Below are positions 40,301-49,802 of a DNA stretch of 64,000 nt, piece after piece (position 1 is the stretch's first letter; every line of letters starts with the position of its first letter). Source of the DNA: a virus. Taxonomy: Duplodnaviria; Caudoviricetes. The translations under genes were made by a program, and so were the position numbers. The notes beneath the pieces were generated by a model. That model was given only the letters and a program-made list of their open reading frames with translations. It was not told where the DNA came from and searched no databases. The stretch spans positions 1 to 64,000 of IMG/VR virus record IMGVR_UViG_3300012979_000036. The stretch is one strand, 5' to 3'.

Positions 40301-41262
40301 AAAGAAATATTCTTGAAAGATTATTTGGAAGTCATATTGCTTTTTTAGGCCAAGAGGCTGGAGACCATTGGTTATACAACAGATCTGCAATTGCTCACAT
40401 GATGCATTATCAAATTAAAATTAATGGTGTTCAAATGAGTGTTTGGGATGCTATACAAATACAAGATGCTAAAGTAGGTCAAGGTATTAAAGAAGTACAT
40501 ATGGATGAAGCTTATAATTTAGATGGTACTAAATTTGATAAAGACATTTTTGGTATGCAAATTGCTACAATAAACCATAATTTATTTGGTATTTATAATA
40601 CCGAGGATGCTAATGCTGCTAACAGAATTGCTTTAGGTAGAATGTTAATTCAATATAGAAAGTGGATGGTACCTCTTTACAAAAGAAGATTCGGCGCTGA
40701 ATCTGTAGATATAACTACTGGAGAAAAATATAGAGGTTATTATAGAACTCTTATTAAAGTTATACAAGAGCTTAGAAGAGGGGAGATTCAATTTAATATG
40801 CTTAAAGATCAATTATCTGCAAGAGATTTGCAAGATATAAAAAGAGCCGTATTTGAAATTGCTCAGTTCTTAGCAGCTTGGGGAGCATCAGAATTTATTG
40901 CTTGGCCAGATGATAAAGATAGACCTTGGGCTTTAAAGTTAGGAGAATACGCATCTCACAGATTGGCTCATGAGTTGGGAGGATTAACTCCTTCTCCAGC
41001 AATGATTAATGAGACTTTAAAGACTGTTAAAACTCCAATTGCAATGTTGTCAGCTATACAAAATACAGCTAATTTAGCTACAAGTTTATTAGATCCTAGA
41101 GATTATATAGATGAAATACAAAGTGGTCCTTATAAAGGAATGAGTACTTTAGAAAGAAATTTTGTTAAAGCCCCATTACCAGGAATCGCACAATATAGAC
41201 AAATTGATAAGTTTGTAGGAGATTTAGATAATAGTATTATGTATTATTTAAGACCGTATTAA
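37369..41262 (+). CDS. Large crAss RNAP-operon protein (1297 aa), likely virion-packaged
   Basis: 1 nt after the RNAP stop; largely helical; degenerate zincin-like SEEFSH...AEEALG. Confidence 0.7.
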   Translation: MKCTYIPSKGANLFRQLKKQFGYELAKDIFLRAISPRFIEDFRKTLSLDAEGIPSFESVMNNSWMKKFIGDTRILESLNTFKPLEDTLENFNICLEEAYRFNNNDDYDSYIATVEYTDTGKIVTKVSPKTTEAVEKFNNQYGTYKLNKSLANTFESIGVTVGMLTEAEVNAGRIGNIDFSKAKRIAQDFKSIIRVANNMEGAQAISEEFSHLVVALFRQEPLTVRALNTLKNNEEALRKVLGEDYQDVYDYHNGNLELIAEEALGQLLQKNLIAQQIETGYTSFFNRVKNFIINKFKNFNLSDIDKAIQDADNAMNSLAKKITTNTLEATKEDIENINRDDSFNALSKRVERNINILKNAIKVETKRFKINTDVDAESIKLLISELRKHSGETSNTVAGLGIYAENAIENLKELYNGLSNTNGMDLNARAIQLRKVLQYLQSYGKFIEELTSAYNEERDLEDNIFNIKVTEDTTLGDLFDILNGLNTKLSNEFKNQSVTLFSEFIEGYIDKLDIEARELIQTATGDIGFIDRWLQSMEESSDVLLKVFDLVSKKAKAKARQSTIKSIQEIQAWMKKAEELGYTDFEWMFEHNSEGNKTGNYISEVNLGEFEYQLDLFLKNLDAKYGKNPAGEQARKKIAEKKAWLEANSFEYANKRYPKNDVWKNDEYVSLSTEQKTLLREFNAIKAELDKLIPESKLTSNLAIQIRKSKGQRFIESATSPSQIFENIKNGFRSEFYDSEDDDQIFGATVRRGLTNFDDTEYMVLPVQYTNRLKNPNELSTDVVGSLMSYAFMCHQYHELENIINPMEIGRTIVKEMRKTKKTRGKNPLVERVEALGDTYYNDIVHTEGTNAIKKLDDFFESQIYQRYIKDEGVIGKFNVAKTVNKALEYSAMAQLGFNWLANIANVAQGICMANIEVAAGQYFTFTELLKADKEYISLMKGFIPEIGSRVKTNKLSLIGDYFNLKQDFDKQIKRSNKRNILERLFGSHIAFLGQEAGDHWLYNRSAIAHMMHYQIKINGVQMSVWDAIQIQDAKVGQGIKEVHMDEAYNLDGTKFDKDIFGMQIATINHNLFGIYNTEDANAANRIALGRMLIQYRKWMVPLYKRRFGAESVDITTGEKYRGYYRTLIKVIQELRRGEIQFNMLKDQLSARDLQDIKRAVFEIAQFLAAWGASEFIAWPDDKDRPWALKLGEYASHRLAHELGGLTPSPAMINETLKTVKTPIAMLSAIQNTANLATSLLDPRDYIDEIQSGPYKGMSTLERNFVKAPLPGIAQYRQIDKFVGDLDNSIMYYLRPY

Positions 41263-41309
41263 AAAATTTAAGGGATAGTGAAATTAATCACTATCCCTTA
41301 TTTTTTTTT
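41261..41309. terminator. Bidirectional terminator where the + and - blocks converge
   Basis: 13-bp stem TAAGGGATAGTGA/TCACTATCCCTTA, A-run upstream and T9 downstream. Confidence 0.92.
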
Positions 41310-44300
41310 ATTTACAATGTAAAATTGCGTCTTTAACTTTATTTTGAAGCTTATCCCATTGTTCCCTAGAAATACCAGTAGAATCTACATATTGTTTATC
41401 TTCTAAAGATAAATAAGCATAATTAGATTTATACTCATGATATTCATTAATCTCATCAAAGTCATCCATATCTCTTTCTTGCCACTCTAAAGCTGCTTCA
41501 GAAATGCGTTGTTCTCTTGTAAGATTAGGTCTATATACATTATATTCTCTTTCAGATGATGTTTCAATTATGTGAGAATCTTCTCCTTTTCGTTTAGATC
41601 TAATAATCTTATTAAGTTCAGAAGTCTTAGGTACTATTCTATGAGTATCTCTTTCATTTCGATGTTTAACATCTTTGAGTACTCCTAATCGCCAAGCCTT
41701 CATTAAAATAGGATCTGAAGAAACATAATCTACTAAAGCAGTACTATTTTTGTGTATTTCTTTAAATTGTTTAGAACTCAAATAATTCTTTATTTCTAGT
41801 AACTCTTCTAAAGAATAGTTTGTTAAATTTACTTCCTTATTCCTATCTACTTCAGTTTCAGCGATTTTTCTATCAGCATAATAACCTTGTGATATATCAT
41901 AATAAAGTTTATTTATAATAGGTTCTTTACCTTTAGCAGATTGTATATAATGTTTAATTCTTCTAAAGAACTTAATAATATTACCACCAAATCCTTGTTC
42001 TACTTGAATGTATTTTCTAAATCCTTCAGCAAGTTTCTCTTCTGCAGCAATATCACTTGTAACACCAAAAAGTTGTTTACCTTCATTTAATAAATCTAAT
42101 AATTCAGATTCACTTAAAAGAGTATTAACTACAGCATGGAATGCTTCGTGATATACTGTGCCTTCAGCAGCTATATCTGAAAGAATTATATGACCATTAA
42201 CAAACTTACCAAAAGCTCTATCAGAGTTAACACCGTTAACAATTTTAATAAGACCTTCAACTAATTGAACTCTATCTTTGAATTGAGGTAAAGCAGATTC
42301 TAACCATTTAAGTTCTTTATCTCTATCAAATACTTTATATTCATCAACAGCTTCTCTATTTCTATCAACTCCTATAATATCATTAGGGTTCTTTTTAAAC
42401 TGTTCTGTTTTACTATCAAAAGATTGTTCAAGCTTTTGCATTGCTTGTCTAGCAACCATAGGATTAATATTTAAAATAATTTGGAGCTGTTCTTCTTCTA
42501 AGAACTCAACCATTTTTTGTTTCTTAGGGGTATTTAACATTCCTTTTGATTTAAGAGATGCTATTAATTCTGATTTAGAAACCTGTTGTTTTTCTTGAAT
42601 ATTAGAAGATGTATTAAGTATAGTACCTAATTTGTTATAGAAAATATCATTTATTTTTGAAGTATCCTGTATTAAAGTTTCAACTTCTCTTTTTTGTTTT
42701 TCTGTTAAATTATACTTAAACCATACTGTAGTGTTATCATCTCCTCTACCTCCCATTATAGATTTTTTAAAATAAATTAATCCATTATATTTTCCCCAAC
42801 CGTCTTCAGAAGTCCTTATATCTCCTATCGCTGTACTCCAAGATTGTGTTTCTAATAAAGTAGAAAAACCTTGATATGTTACAGCAATTTGAATATGATC
42901 TTCTGGTTTTTGAGGATTAAATGAAGGTGTATTTTCATATACTTCTCCAGTTGCAAGATTGTGATTAGGCAATGCTTCTTGTGCAGGTTCACCATATAAT
43001 AAAGTAGGTACTTTTTCTTCTTTGGGTATATAGTTCTTTTTAACAGGATCATACATACCCCATTCAGTATTATAAGGCTTAGTCATATCTTCGCCTTTAA
43101 TAATACCCCAAGCATAACCTAAGAATTTAAGAGTGTTTTCTCCTTTATTATAAGCTTTACCTGTTTCATCTGTAACATTCCATTGTTCATCAACAAAGAA
43201 TGTTTTTCCACCATAGTCTATAGCTGTTTTAGTAACTACAGTAGGTTGAGATGTATTAGTAGTAGGATTAATACCTGTAGTTTTAATTTTATTTGCCTTT
43301 TGTACAGTTCCGTCAGGAGATACAGGAGCTATTGTAAACCAGTTATTAGTTGTAGTAACATAACCAGGTTCCACATTAGTATTAGCAATTTCACCTATTA
43401 CAGAATTATAATCTAAATTACCGATTTTTTTATTAAGGTACTTTCTATTAATTCTAAATGGAATTTGATGTTTAAACATCTCATTCTTTAGTTTATTAAT
43501 AAACTCTGGATCATTAGGATCTAATTCTATGGTAAATAAAGCAGCTTTGCCTTTTTCAGGAACATAACTAATTTTAATAAAAGTACGCTGTTCTTTTGTA
43601 GAAATACCAGATTGTAATTCTGCGTTAGTAGCGGTTTCAATATATTTACTAGTTCTATTAATATGAAAAGAAGTTTTAAGTTTGCCATCATCTCCTCTCC
43701 AAGCATTTCCTAAATGTTCTGCTAATCTTTTAGCTACTGAAGAAGCTGCTTGAGAACTATCTACAATTCTAATATCTTCTAAAATGTTATCAATTATACT
43801 TCCTAAAGTAGATTTAGCTGTTCCTCTATCATATCTAGGCATTGCAAATGGTACAGGCATAAAAGCTCTTTTAGGATTATTAGTAGGTATAAGAAGATAT
43901 GGCTGTCCTTTTTTACCTTTTAAAGGAGTTATAGCACTATCACCTATAGGATCAATACCTTTTTTACCTCCTGATTCTGAAGTAGTAGTAAGTTTATATT
44001 TACCAGCTTTATCTGCTACAACAACCGCAATCTTATAAGGCAATTGTTTAGTTGCTCCTTCAGAAGTAGTTACTGTAAATATTTCATTTAATGAATGTCT
44101 AGTATCGGAGTACTCTACTTTACCTACCATTAATTGAGACACTTCAGATTTATATTTTTGAGAAGTAAACAATCCTGTATTACCAGCATTCACCCAATCT
44201 GTATATTCTTGTTTAATAGCATTAATAGTTTCAATTAAATTAACATGCTTAGCAGCAGATTCATGTGAAGGATCTACTAAATCTCCTACAATATTACCTT

Positions 44301-47300
44301 TAGAATCGACCATTAAAATAACTACATCTCCTGCAGTCTGATTTAATGTAGGATCTATAACAAAATGTATAGTATCTTTAGGAGCTAAAGTTTGACTATT
44401 TCTAATAGCAAATGTACCTTTAGATTCTAAATACTTATACACAGCTTCCATTCTTTTAAGTTGTCCCTCAGTATATCTAGGAGTACCATCTTGATTCTTA
44501 AGATTTTTAGCAACTTGATAGAAAGGAATTCTTGAACCATCTTGTCTATAAATAGGAAACTGAGTTGTAGAAGGTTGCCAGTAATTAGAAGCATCTTCGT
44601 TTGAAACTTGATTTTTAATTTCTTTATTTTGCTTCTCAACATCTTCGTTAGGAGTTACTATAACTTCTTGTTCTGCTATATTATCAAGAGTGATTTCAGA
44701 TACAACTTTAACAGGCTGTGGATTATATAATTCTTCTACAAAATCCTTAATGTACTGTAATATTTTAGGATATTTTTTAAGAATTTCGTATTGAGGAAGT
44801 TTACGAAGAGTTTCAAATATTTCACCAGAAGATAATTCATTATCAAATAATGTTTTAATTGTATTATACATTCTAATAATAGCATCTTTTACTGGTATTT
44901 TATTAGAATCTTCTACCAAATTATCAGACTTTTCTAATAATTCTTTTAATTCTTTATTTCTATTAGATTCAGCTTCTTTTCTAGCTTTAGTTTCTTGAAT
45001 AGTTTCTGCAGTAGGACTACTATCATGTCCTGTTTCTTCAGATATTGGTGATGTAGTAGGTTGCTCTGTTATACCTTTGTCTCTAGATTCTATTTTACCT
45101 CTAATAAAATTAATCTTACCTCTAGCATTATCGAGTCTTTCTTCTTTAGCAATAGCTTTTTCAATATCAGGAAGTACCGATTCACCTTCTGTATCAGAAA
45201 GAATATTAGGATCTAAAGCCGCTTCTAAATCCATATTAAATACTTGATCTATTCCTTCAGCAGCACTACCAGAAGCTTCAATTAAAGTTATAGCATCTTG
45301 AAATTCTTGCTCATCAAGCTCGCCATTCTGAAACATTCTCATAGCCTCTGCCTTACCGTCTTCAATCATAGTAAGCATTTGTTCTACTTCTTCAACTTTT
45401 TTAGCTACTTCTGTACCAAGTTCTCCTTCTACATCAATACCGTCTAATCCTACCGCTTCTTTTAAATCTTCTAAATCAATCTCACCATCTTGAATTTTAT
45501 TAAAAAGTTCATTTTTAGATAACTTTTCAATTTTAGATACTGTTTCATTCTTATCAATAGCTTTTTGAGAAGCTTCTTTTTTAGCTTTAATTTTATCTCT
45601 GTTCTTCTTAAGTCTAGTAGGGTTTTTAACAAACTCTTTATATCTATCATCAAAAGTTTTATAAGCATTTGCTATTTTAGCTATATCTCTTAAATTAGTT
45701 ATAGTTTTTTGATAATCTGCATGACTTAATGTAGTATGACTACCAAACGCTTCATAAAAATCTTTATTATCTATAAAATTTATAAATTCTTTATTAGAAT
45801 CTAAGAAAGAAGATATATACATTAAACCTTTATCACTATTAATATGATTTAAAAAAGATTTAGTAAGAGAAATAGTTTTCTTTAAATCTTGTATATCTTT
45901 AGAATTTAATTCTTCTTCAGTTAATTCCTCTAAAGATTGTTCCCAATCATCCAGATTTGAAGATAAAGCTTGATAAAAAGTAGGGAAATCTTTTCTCATT
46001 TGCTCGTATCTTTCTTTAAATCTAGAACCTTTCCAATGTAACCAAGCAAGCTCAGCTATTTGATCATGTGTGAGATTTTTAGTATCGTTTGCTATACTTC
46101 TAGTTTCTAATATAGCTTTTTCATAATTATCAATTTGAGCAAGAATTTGATCTCTCTTCTTAATAAGTTCTTCTCTCATCTCAGCAGCACCTTCTTCTCC
46201 ATCAGGAGTATAAGTACCATCAACAGCGTACCATCCTGCAGTATCTGTAGATGTTTCTCTGGCCATTGCTTGCAGAGTTTCATCAGAAATGTTTTCAAAA
46301 TCTTGATTTACCAAAGCTTTAAGATAATCGAGTTTACCCATAGCAGCATATCTACTAATAGCAACAAAATCATCATTGTCTTCCATATTTTTATACTCAA
46401 AAGCATTATTAGCTTCAGACCAACCACTCATAGCATTAGTAAAAGATTGACTTCTAACAAAATGTCCTTTGTTTTCTCTAAGCTTTGGTTCGTATTTATT
46501 CATGAAAGCCACTGCTTCATTCATTTCTTTATTAGCAGATTTAGCCATTGATAACTCTCCAAGAATACCTCCTGTAAGTCCAACTGGTTTACCTCTACCA
46601 AGTATTGTAGAAGCGTCAGAATTATTAACTCTACCAAATGTAGGTATACCTAATGCACCTGTAAGAAAACCTACTGCAAACTCTTCATAAGCATCTCCAT
46701 TACCGTAAGAGTCTTTAAAACCTTCAATAGCAGCTTTTAAAAATTCATCTGTTTGAACTATAGCGTCAGAATCTAAACTTGCATTAAAATAAGCATCAGG
46801 AGAATCAGTATCATACATTTCACCAGAAGTACCAGATATAAATCTTTGAGCCATTTCTTCATTACCTTCAAGAAGACCTTTAGTAACACCTTTTCCTACA
46901 GCGCTTGCTTTAGATATATTATCAGCTACCCATTTGTCTCCTTCTTTAGTTACTCTTTTAAAAATGCTTTGATCTGACGCAAATAAATCATCTGCTGTAG
47001 CTGTTATACTTTTACCTGTCTTTCTTGCATTTTGAAATCCTTTAGCATATAATCTACCCATAGTAAAGAAATCATTTAATGATAAAAATACAGAGTTACC
47101 AATAAATGTTCCTAAACCCATTTTAGATTTTCTAATATCTAAATCTTCTTGAATAGCTTGATATTTAGCATTTAATTGATTAAGATTATTATTTTTTTCT
47201 TCTGTAGTAGAGTATAAATCATTTTGAATGTTATCATATTCAATTTTATAAGAATCTTCTATCTTCTTTTGTTCTTCTTTATAGAAATCAGTAGAATTAT

Positions 47301-47985
47301 GATTTGCTTCAATTCTAGCTTCGTTAATAGCACCATATATAGAACCTGCTGTAGCAGCACCTAAACCTGTTTTAATAAGACCTGCACCTTTCATTAGTTT
47401 CGTAAAAGCACTTCCTGATGCAAATGCTCCTACAGTAAATCCCATATTTTTAAGAAAAGTATCAGCCCAAAAATTAGCAGTACCTAAATTTTGATACCAA
47501 GCTCTATCTCTTTCTTCTTTAGTTTTATAATTTGGAAGAGCATATTCAGACCAATTATTAATCTGTTGCATTCCATTACTAAACTCATTATCCCAAAGCC
47601 TAGAAAAAGTTTCCCAACCAGATTCTTCTTTATTACCTAGATTTAAGAGCATATCTCCTAAACCATATACTAAACCTATAGTACCATCAAGAAATGTAGT
47701 TCCTACTAACACTCCTCCTTTAGTAATACCATTAACCCATTTACCTAAAGTAGATTGTTTTTGAGCACGCATGTTCTCAACATCTTCAATCTGCTCCATT
47801 GTAAGAATAGGTTCATCAAATTTACTTCTTCCTAAATCTCCAGTACTAGATTGAAATGAAAGATCAACCCCAATTCCATAAGAACTGGGGGTACTTTCAA
47901 ATCTTAATAAATATTCAGGTTGTTCCTCTGTTTCAACATTTAAACCTTTTAGTCCTATAGGACCAGTTTTTCTAACATCTTCCAT
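41308..47985 (-). CDS. Giant virion cargo/ejection protein (about 2225 aa) with a zincin-like domain; start likely 47985
   Basis: MEDVRKTG follows the upstream gene's stop. Hydrophobic Gly/Ala-rich N-terminal helices; YHEAFH...EEKLAEGF near the C-terminus. Confidence 0.75.
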   Translation of the reverse strand: MEDVRKTGPIGLKGLNVETEEQPEYLLRFESTPSSYGIGVDLSFQSSTGDLGRSKFDEPILTMEQIEDVENMRAQKQSTLGKWVNGITKGGVLVGTTFLDGTIGLVYGLGDMLLNLGNKEESGWETFSRLWDNEFSNGMQQINNWSEYALPNYKTKEERDRAWYQNLGTANFWADTFLKNMGFTVGAFASGSAFTKLMKGAGLIKTGLGAATAGSIYGAINEARIEANHNSTDFYKEEQKKIEDSYKIEYDNIQNDLYSTTEEKNNNLNQLNAKYQAIQEDLDIRKSKMGLGTFIGNSVFLSLNDFFTMGRLYAKGFQNARKTGKSITATADDLFASDQSIFKRVTKEGDKWVADNISKASAVGKGVTKGLLEGNEEMAQRFISGTSGEMYDTDSPDAYFNASLDSDAIVQTDEFLKAAIEGFKDSYGNGDAYEEFAVGFLTGALGIPTFGRVNNSDASTILGRGKPVGLTGGILGELSMAKSANKEMNEAVAFMNKYEPKLRENKGHFVRSQSFTNAMSGWSEANNAFEYKNMEDNDDFVAISRYAAMGKLDYLKALVNQDFENISDETLQAMARETSTDTAGWYAVDGTYTPDGEEGAAEMREELIKKRDQILAQIDNYEKAILETRSIANDTKNLTHDQIAELAWLHWKGSRFKERYEQMRKDFPTFYQALSSNLDDWEQSLEELTEEELNSKDIQDLKKTISLTKSFLNHINSDKGLMYISSFLDSNKEFINFIDNKDFYEAFGSHTTLSHADYQKTITNLRDIAKIANAYKTFDDRYKEFVKNPTRLKKNRDKIKAKKEASQKAIDKNETVSKIEKLSKNELFNKIQDGEIDLEDLKEAVGLDGIDVEGELGTEVAKKVEEVEQMLTMIEDGKAEAMRMFQNGELDEQEFQDAITLIEASGSAAEGIDQVFNMDLEAALDPNILSDTEGESVLPDIEKAIAKEERLDNARGKINFIRGKIESRDKGITEQPTTSPISEETGHDSSPTAETIQETKARKEAESNRNKELKELLEKSDNLVEDSNKIPVKDAIIRMYNTIKTLFDNELSSGEIFETLRKLPQYEILKKYPKILQYIKDFVEELYNPQPVKVVSEITLDNIAEQEVIVTPNEDVEKQNKEIKNQVSNEDASNYWQPSTTQFPIYRQDGSRIPFYQVAKNLKNQDGTPRYTEGQLKRMEAVYKYLESKGTFAIRNSQTLAPKDTIHFVIDPTLNQTAGDVVILMVDSKGNIVGDLVDPSHESAAKHVNLIETINAIKQEYTDWVNAGNTGLFTSQKYKSEVSQLMVGKVEYSDTRHSLNEIFTVTTSEGATKQLPYKIAVVVADKAGKYKLTTTSESGGKKGIDPIGDSAITPLKGKKGQPYLLIPTNNPKRAFMPVPFAMPRYDRGTAKSTLGSIIDNILEDIRIVDSSQAASSVAKRLAEHLGNAWRGDDGKLKTSFHINRTSKYIETATNAELQSGISTKEQRTFIKISYVPEKGKAALFTIELDPNDPEFINKLKNEMFKHQIPFRINRKYLNKKIGNLDYNSVIGEIANTNVEPGYVTTTNNWFTIAPVSPDGTVQKANKIKTTGINPTTNTSQPTVVTKTAIDYGGKTFFVDEQWNVTDETGKAYNKGENTLKFLGYAWGIIKGEDMTKPYNTEWGMYDPVKKNYIPKEEKVPTLLYGEPAQEALPNHNLATGEVYENTPSFNPQKPEDHIQIAVTYQGFSTLLETQSWSTAIGDIRTSEDGWGKYNGLIYFKKSIMGGRGDDNTTVWFKYNLTEKQKREVETLIQDTSKINDIFYNKLGTILNTSSNIQEKQQVSKSELIASLKSKGMLNTPKKQKMVEFLEEEQLQIILNINPMVARQAMQKLEQSFDSKTEQFKKNPNDIIGVDRNREAVDEYKVFDRDKELKWLESALPQFKDRVQLVEGLIKIVNGVNSDRAFGKFVNGHIILSDIAAEGTVYHEAFHAVVNTLLSESELLDLLNEGKQLFGVTSDIAAEEKLAEGFRKYIQVEQGFGGNIIKFFRRIKHYIQSAKGKEPIINKLYYDISQGYYADRKIAETEVDRNKEVNLTNYSLEELLEIKNYLSSKQFKEIHKNSTALVDYVSSDPILMKAWRLGVLKDVKHRNERDTHRIVPKTSELNKIIRSKRKGEDSHIIETSSEREYNVYRPNLTREQRISEAALEWQERDMDDFDEINEYHEYKSNYAYLSLEDKQYVDSTGISREQWDKLQNKVKDAILHCK

Positions 47986-47986
47986 C

Positions 47987-49801
47987 TTAATTATTTGTGT
48001 TGTGTGTTCCAAAGTAATTAAATAAATCTCCAAATATCAAATTCATTTTTTTCTCAGTAGATGATACATAATCACTTCCTAAAATATTAGTACCAGGAAT
48101 GTAACCATTTTTGTCTAATGGAATATAATCTACTACAACTTCTCCTTTTTCATTGGTAGTTTTAATAGGTACTATACCTTGTTGGACAGTATTTAAACCA
48201 AATGCAAACTCTGCTAAATCTGAAGGGTCTTCTGCTCTAAAACCAGAACCTTTTGGTAAAACTACCTCCATGTAACCATCTTTAGTTTTAAGACTCACAC
48301 TTCTTTGTCCAGTAGCATAATCCATATTAACTCCTAAAATATTAAGTTTGCCTTTATCATCTAATAATTTTTCATACTCAACAGGTTTAGTTCTATAAGT
48401 ACCTGCATTTCCAAGAGATGATTCATTTAGTCCTATAATTTGTTCTACTGTTTCAGTATTTCTTAATCCTCTTTCAATATTAGATTGAATATGCTCAAAT
48501 CCTGTAGAATTTGAAGTAATCATAGCTCTTTTTCTACCAGTTGCATCAGAACTATTTAATACTTTCATAAAAGTATCTTTATCAGCTTTACTAGGATCTA
48601 ATCCTAAATTATTAAAAGCATCTCTTAAATCATTGTAATCATTAATATAAAATTGTTTGCCAGTAGCATTACTTGTAGAATAAGGAGTTAAATACCCATA
48701 AGATGTTCCATATGGTAATCCAACACCTTCGTCTTCCATTTTAGAAGCTTCTTTTTCTATTTCTTCAGGAGATAATAATTTACCATTTTTAAAGTATTTA
48801 TCATAATCTTCATTAAACTTACCAGTGTTTACTCCGTAAGTATGAGTAAATTTATTTTTAATTTCCTGCCTTGTTACATCAGGAGTTATAAAATAATCTG
48901 AACCAATTTTTCCAGATCTTTCTGCTTCTAATTTTGCAGCTTCTGCTCTAGCTTTTTCTAATTCATCTCTTTTTTTAAGATTATATGCAAACATTGGATC
49001 AGATTCTGTAGAAGTTTTCTTATCATATTGAAAACCTGCCCTAACACCTTTAATAATAGAATTTAAAGCTTTTTGTTGATTTTCTTCACTTAATCCTTGG
49101 AAACCAGGAGTACTAATAATGTCATTAATAGAATTCTGTATAAGCTTAGCATTAGTACTTAAATTTTCATTGCCTGACATTACTTCAGCTAAAGCATTAT
49201 TAAATTCAATATCATTTAATCCTGTTTCAACAGATCTTTCTAAAAATCTACCACCTGCTGTAGAAGTCCAATCTGATTCTCTGTAAGTTCTACCAGCTTG
49301 AGTTTTAGCAATATTTAAAGCTTCAGTCATCAAATCATCTGTATTAACACTTCTCATTTGAGGAGTTTTACCACCTAAATAATCGCTAACACTTTTACCA
49401 ACTCCTTCTATAAGAATTTCAGGATGCTCTACAGCCATTTTAGCAAGATATTGTTGGTCTGTTTGATATGCTTTATAAGCTTCATTGATAGGATTTAAAT
49501 CTTTAGTATATTTAGCTTTTAGTCCTGTTAGTTTTTTTCTAGTATTAGGAGTTAAGCCTTTATTATATAAATCATCCATTGCGGATGTTAATTCACTTTG
49601 AAACCCTTCATATTGTTTTCTTAAATTTTCATCTAAAGGATTACTTAATTTAGAAGCAACATCTCCAGCCATTATATCAAGATTAGCTAATTCTTCTTCA
49701 GCTTTATTGTAAGCTTCAGTATATATTTGATAAGGTTGTAACATCTCTTGAAAAGAGAAAGGTTTAAACCTTGTATTAGTTGTAATATAAGTATTTGCCA
49801 T
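47987..49801 (-). CDS. crAss conserved structural/cargo protein (604 aa)
   Basis: N-terminus TRFKPFSFQEMLQP, recognised from crAss-like genomes; lies in the cargo block. Confidence 0.65.
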   Translation of the reverse strand: MANTYITTNTRFKPFSFQEMLQPYQIYTEAYNKAEEELANLDIMAGDVASKLSNPLDENLRKQYEGFQSELTSAMDDLYNKGLTPNTRKKLTGLKAKYTKDLNPINEAYKAYQTDQQYLAKMAVEHPEILIEGVGKSVSDYLGGKTPQMRSVNTDDLMTEALNIAKTQAGRTYRESDWTSTAGGRFLERSVETGLNDIEFNNALAEVMSGNENLSTNAKLIQNSINDIISTPGFQGLSEENQQKALNSIIKGVRAGFQYDKKTSTESDPMFAYNLKKRDELEKARAEAAKLEAERSGKIGSDYFITPDVTRQEIKNKFTHTYGVNTGKFNEDYDKYFKNGKLLSPEEIEKEASKMEDEGVGLPYGTSYGYLTPYSTSNATGKQFYINDYNDLRDAFNNLGLDPSKADKDTFMKVLNSSDATGRKRAMITSNSTGFEHIQSNIERGLRNTETVEQIIGLNESSLGNAGTYRTKPVEYEKLLDDKGKLNILGVNMDYATGQRSVSLKTKDGYMEVVLPKGSGFRAEDPSDLAEFAFGLNTVQQGIVPIKTTNEKGEVVVDYIPLDKNGYIPGTNILGSDYVSSTEKKMNLIFGDLFNYFGTHNTNN

Positions 49802-49802
49802 A

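Noticed and set aside
43183-46690. Antisense ORFs within the giant cargo gene (and similar shadow ORFs such as 55608-55985, 30482-30838, 6806-7075)
   Set aside because: They lie entirely opposite or inside long, motif-bearing genes, have low-complexity Ile/Phe/Ser-rich translations and lack expression signals.
47986-48033. ORF-track start of the 2241-aa protein
   Set aside because: It overlaps the upstream gene's last 16 codons. ATG 47985 directly follows that gene's stop.
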